A stretch of 64,000 nt of DNA from Candidatus Bathyarchaeota archaeon (lineage in GTDB: Archaea; Thermoproteota; Bathyarchaeia; 40CM-2-53-6). Below the pieces are notes generated by a model, which did not search any database, was not told where the DNA came from, and worked only from the letters and a program-made list of their open reading frames with translations. Each line of letters begins with the position of its first letter. Position 1 is the stretch's first letter. The stretch lies in the NCBI GenBank assembly GCA_963733055.1, contig CAVTBR010000001.1:192001-256000 (forward strand). Direction: 5' to 3'. Made by a program: the position numbers and the translations under genes. This document shows, piece after piece, positions 60,512 through 64,000 of the stretch.

Positions 60512-60727
60512 TTAGGAAAAACTTCTCAACTTTGAAATTTCTTCCGTTTTGGATAAAAGGCTTATGGGCTCAATCAGTTCGCGTACAAGCATTCAAAAGC
60601 TGAGAAATGGAGCTGAACGGGCGCGGGTGCGATTACGGCTGAATCCGTTGCAACCCGTTGCGGCGTTCCACCAATTGAACCCCAACCTTTTATCGACAGA
60701 CAAGATTAGCTGCTCAGAAGGCATGAA

Positions 60728-61615
60728 CTATAAACCGGCGCCGTCTTCATAGACTGTGATTATTGAAGACTGATCTTTTTCAGAAAGCCCCTTCTTCTCG
60801 GCAATTCGGTACACCTTCTCGGCCGCTTCAGCAACGAAAAGCGGCACGCACATCTCTTTTCCCAGGTCTGTCACCAATCGGATATCCTTGGAGGCAAGTC
60901 TGACTGGAAATACTGGCTGGTCGAATTCCCTGGTCAGCGCAGGCGGGAAATCGAGCGTTAGGATCGCGCTGTTAGCGGCGCCTGTCTTAAGCACTGCAAA
61001 TGCGACTCTCGGGTCTATTCCGCACTTCTTAGCGAGGACTACAGATTCGCTTATGGCAGCCAACTCGACTGTGGTTATGAGTTGATTCACAAGTTTCATT
61101 TGCATTCCCTTTCCATGACCTCCTAAGTAGAATGGTTCCCCGATGTCTCTGAGGAGAGGCAGCGCTTTCTCGTAAGCGTCCGTATCACCGCCTACCATAA
61201 TCGCCAAACTTCCAGCCTCAGCCCTAGCTTGTCCGCCACTTACCGGGGCGTCCAAGAACATCGCTCCTTTTTCCGAGGCATGACGTGCAATTCTTCTTGC
61301 GAGCTTTGGTGAACTTGTGCTCGTGTCCATCAAGACCGATCCTTTCGAGACACCATTCAACAAGCCGTCTCTATCAAAATAGACCTCTTCAATTTGAACC
61401 GGGCCCGGGAGTGATGTTATCACATATTCTGATATCTCTGCCAACTCCTTTGGAGTTCGTGCTACTCGGGCACCCGCATCAGCCAATGGATTGATCGCAT
61501 CTTTCCGAGTGTCGTAGACGGCTAGAAAATGCCCCCGTCTGAGTAGATTACGTGAAATTGCGGAGCCCATATGCCCGAGACCGACGATTCCAATTTTCAT
61601 AGTGACAAACTCCAC
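60728..61615 (-). CDS. 3-hydroxyisobutyrate/tartronate-semialdehyde reductase family dehydrogenase
   Basis: GLGHMG, DAPVSGG, KLVNQ, ASKD. Confidence 0.9.
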   Translation of the reverse strand: MEFVTMKIGIVGLGHMGSAISRNLLRRGHFLAVYDTRKDAINPLADAGARVARTPKELAEISEYVITSLPGPVQIEEVYFDRDGLLNGVSKGSVLMDTSTSSPKLARRIARHASEKGAMFLDAPVSGGQARAEAGSLAIMVGGDTDAYEKALPLLRDIGEPFYLGGHGKGMQMKLVNQLITTVELAAISESVVLAKKCGIDPRVAFAVLKTGAANSAILTLDFPPALTREFDQPVFPVRLASKDIRLVTDLGKEMCVPLFVAEAAEKVYRIAEKKGLSEKDQSSIITVYEDGAGL

Positions 61616-61774
61616 CCTGCCTTACGACGTAGCGTGCCTAAAGCTTTTGGAAAACATTTTCTGAAAAATAACCCTTCTCGACTCCTCTAGACTGAATTCG
61701 AGGGGGCGCGTATCATCGTGAAAGAAGTGCAAAGCAGCGCTATGATCCTATGTTCTCTTCTGTAACCTTTCCCG

Positions 61775-63049
61775 CTAACTCTTGAGAACTGACTTGATTA
61801 TTGTGGCAACTTCTTCTTCCGTAGCAAAGCCGCGACTGCTATCTTTGATTTTCGCGCGGATCTTGTCGAGAATAACATCAAACTGCTGGTCATTGGCTTT
61901 CAATCCCATCATTGCAATCTTAACTCCGACAGCGGACAGGTTTCCCTTGCTTAAGGCAGCTTGTCCAAATTCCAGGCTCATCTCTGATCCGATCAGTTCG
62001 GGATGAATAACATTGTACGCGTACCAGAGTCCAGATAGAAGCGCCGCAATGTGAATGTCTGTCTCGTGTCGATAGATGTTTTCACCAACGACGCCCTTTA
62101 AGGGGCTGTTCTTAATTCCCCAAACCTCCTCGGCCAGTTTAGACAATGAGCCAAGTTTTTCCAGCTTGATTCCAGTCCTGACGTCGTAAAGAATCTCAAG
62201 CGCCGCGACAACTTCCTCAGTGGAGGCTACACCTGCTCTATCGCCCAGACCATTTACAGATACGTCGACCACCTCCGCCCCAGCTGTTACCGCTGCAAGC
62301 GCGTTTGCGCTTGCAAGTCCAAAGTCGTTATGATTATGGATAGCGAGTTGTGGCCTTGGGCCAACCAAATCTCTGAGCCACGTGAAGAAGTATTTCACGG
62401 CTTCCGGATTCGAACATCCGTAACCATCGGCGAAGTATATTCGGTCTGCACCCGCCTCCGCTGCTGCGGTGTAACAGTGATAATTGATATCGGGTCTCGT
62501 GATATTAGTACTCAACATAAACGCGGTAAAAGCGCCGCGATTCTTTGCATATTCGACTTCCTTTCTCACCAGACTTGCGAATTCCTCCTTTCTGATTCCG
62601 GGCACAACAAATTTCTCGGTCTCGGCCGTCCCGAAACCAATTAGGTTAACGATGTCCGCTCCAGCCGCGATTACTCCATCTATTTCTTTCTTCCAGTCTT
62701 CGGCCCACGTGCGCGTGTGAGCGCTCTGCTTAATGGAAACACCGCTCTTCTTCATTGCTACTGCGAATTCTCGGTGTTCGGCAACTGCTGCGGTGTAACC
62801 TACCTCTAACTCTTTGAAGCCGGCGTCTTCCAGAGCTTTTGCGACTCTTACAACTTGCTCTACACCTATGTGTTTCCGTCCTGGCACTGTGAGCCCCTCC
62901 CGAAGGGTTTCATCTTTCATGATGACATGTTTCGGCAAATTCATTGTAGACCTAACTTGATGGAGCAAATTCGAGTAGGTGTTCCACCATAGTTTGTTCG
63001 GTCCGAAAATCATCTCCTTTGACAACTCGTCGTTATCGATTGAGAACAT
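61775..63049 (-). CDS. DRE-TIM metallolyase (isopropylmalate/homocitrate synthase-like)
   Basis: DETLREG, HNHNDFGLA, NGLGDRAG, HETDIH. Confidence 0.85.
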   Translation of the reverse strand: MFSIDNDELSKEMIFGPNKLWWNTYSNLLHQVRSTMNLPKHVIMKDETLREGLTVPGRKHIGVEQVVRVAKALEDAGFKELEVGYTAAVAEHREFAVAMKKSGVSIKQSAHTRTWAEDWKKEIDGVIAAGADIVNLIGFGTAETEKFVVPGIRKEEFASLVRKEVEYAKNRGAFTAFMLSTNITRPDINYHCYTAAAEAGADRIYFADGYGCSNPEAVKYFFTWLRDLVGPRPQLAIHNHNDFGLASANALAAVTAGAEVVDVSVNGLGDRAGVASTEEVVAALEILYDVRTGIKLEKLGSLSKLAEEVWGIKNSPLKGVVGENIYRHETDIHIAALLSGLWYAYNVIHPELIGSEMSLEFGQAALSKGNLSAVGVKIAMMGLKANDQQFDVILDKIRAKIKDSSRGFATEEEVATIIKSVLKS

Positions 63050-63176
63050 GTGCTATCAATCTCACTTCATCCGGCTGAGATAGCTTAGATAAAACTTGTG
63101 ACGCGTTCTACCGATTCCTGTACCTTTTCGTGATGGTTTGCGAAAGAGACGGCTGCGGCACAACAGGACGGAGAAC

Positions 63177-64000
63177 CTATGCTATGTATCTCCTAGCGAT
63201 CCTCGCGGTGCAACTATACCAATTCGGGTCAAAACCTTGATTTACACGTATTTCGCCGACCGCGCTGAGGAGTTGGTAGGCATCAATGAGATCGAAACCA
63301 TAAAACCTTACGAGTCTTAGCGTAAGGTCGCAATAAGCAGCTCTGTACGCATCGTCCAACGAACCGCCAAACGGGCAGGAGACTGACCCAATGCCATCAG
63401 GAAAATCTATTTGCGGCCAATCTACATATTGTGCGTCCTTCTTTTTGATTAGTGAGATATCCAATGTTACTTGAGCTTCCGTATCCACGTGCGCACTGGA
63501 CAGTTCCCCGTCGCCGGTTACAGCGGCGACATCGCCTAACGAGAGCAGGCCGCCCCTTACATTAGTACGAAGAATTATTTTGTTGCCGACTCTTGCGTCA
63601 GGGCTATCGATGTTTCCGCCAAACTCTTGGCCGTGGTAGACCGTTCCAATGCGTTCTGCCCGCGGAGCTACTCCAATGGTTCCGACTACTGGATTCAGCG
63701 GGATCCGAATGGTTTTCTTGTGCTTAAGCGGGAAGAGGACCTCGTTGCCTTCGATAGGGCATATTTTCGATATTTGTTGAAGTGGAGGCAGAATAGAATA
63801 GGGCCCCGATAGACCTCCAAAGCCAGGAACGACTTCTGTAAATCCTTGATGAAGTGTACCACCACATTTGATCTCTTTGATGTGGACCACCAAGTTGTCT
63901 CCCGGCTCTGCACCTTCAACGAATATCGGACCCGATACCGGGTTTGCACCTCCGATCCCTCTCCTTTCCATTTCTTCGGGAGTGCAGATATCTCCCTCGG
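63177..64000 (-). CDS. Acetamidase/formamidase family protein (5' end outside window)
   Basis: NPVSGPIFVEGAEPGD, GGNID, LGD...GDGE. Confidence 0.85.
   Translation of the reverse strand, partial: EGDICTPEEMERRGIGGANPVSGPIFVEGAEPGDNLVVHIKEIKCGGTLHQGFTEVVPGFGGLSGPYSILPPLQQISKICPIEGNEVLFPLKHKKTIRIPLNPVVGTIGVAPRAERIGTVYHGQEFGGNIDSPDARVGNKIILRTNVRGGLLSLGDVAAVTGDGELSSAHVDTEAQVTLDISLIKKKDAQYVDWPQIDFPDGIGSVSCPFGGSLDDAYRAAYCDLTLRLVRFYGFDLIDAYQLLSAVGEIRVNQGFDPNWYSCTARIARRYIA

Overview
This is archaeal DNA, probably TACK/Bathyarchaeia-like. That assignment is inferred from the archaeal uL3, two multi-intron tRNAs with BHB-type junctions, the mre11-rad50-nurA-herA cluster and frequent TTG starts. Layout: (1) 1-12.8 kb, catabolic cluster with two APC permeases, two GSA-aminomutase-like PLP enzymes, an FGGY kinase, a class II aldolase, a split transketolase, a lactonase-like MBL, a cyclase and an F420-type LLM. 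(2) 12.8-19.2 kb, an integrase-less island of nuclease/HEPN-like genes bounded by a 19-bp duplication of the 3' end of a three-intron tRNA-Leu(GAG). (3) 19.6-31.5 kb, mixed host genes including a GH5 and an orphan rpl3. (4) tRNA-Thr(CGU), followed about 30 bp later by a TGTCG-repeat transposon end and a Tn7-like module: a TnsA-TnsB fusion, a TnsC with a duplicated Walker A, two TniQ/TnsD proteins, and a Cas4-like nuclease directly abutting the second TniQ. No Cascade genes or CRISPR array were seen. (5) 40-57 kb, defence/DNA-processing genes (REase-EVE, HD hydrolase, RNase J-like, type IIG RM, OLD nuclease, mre11-rad50-nurA-herA, Zn-ribbon microproteins). (6) 57-64 kb, a second catabolic/transport cluster. 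At least six genes carry a single extra base, which suggests assembly indel errors rather than true pseudogenes. The best candidate for a new system is the archaeal tRNA-adjacent dual-TniQ Tn7-like element with its Cas4-TniQ pair. All calls come from reading motifs by eye; no searches were run.
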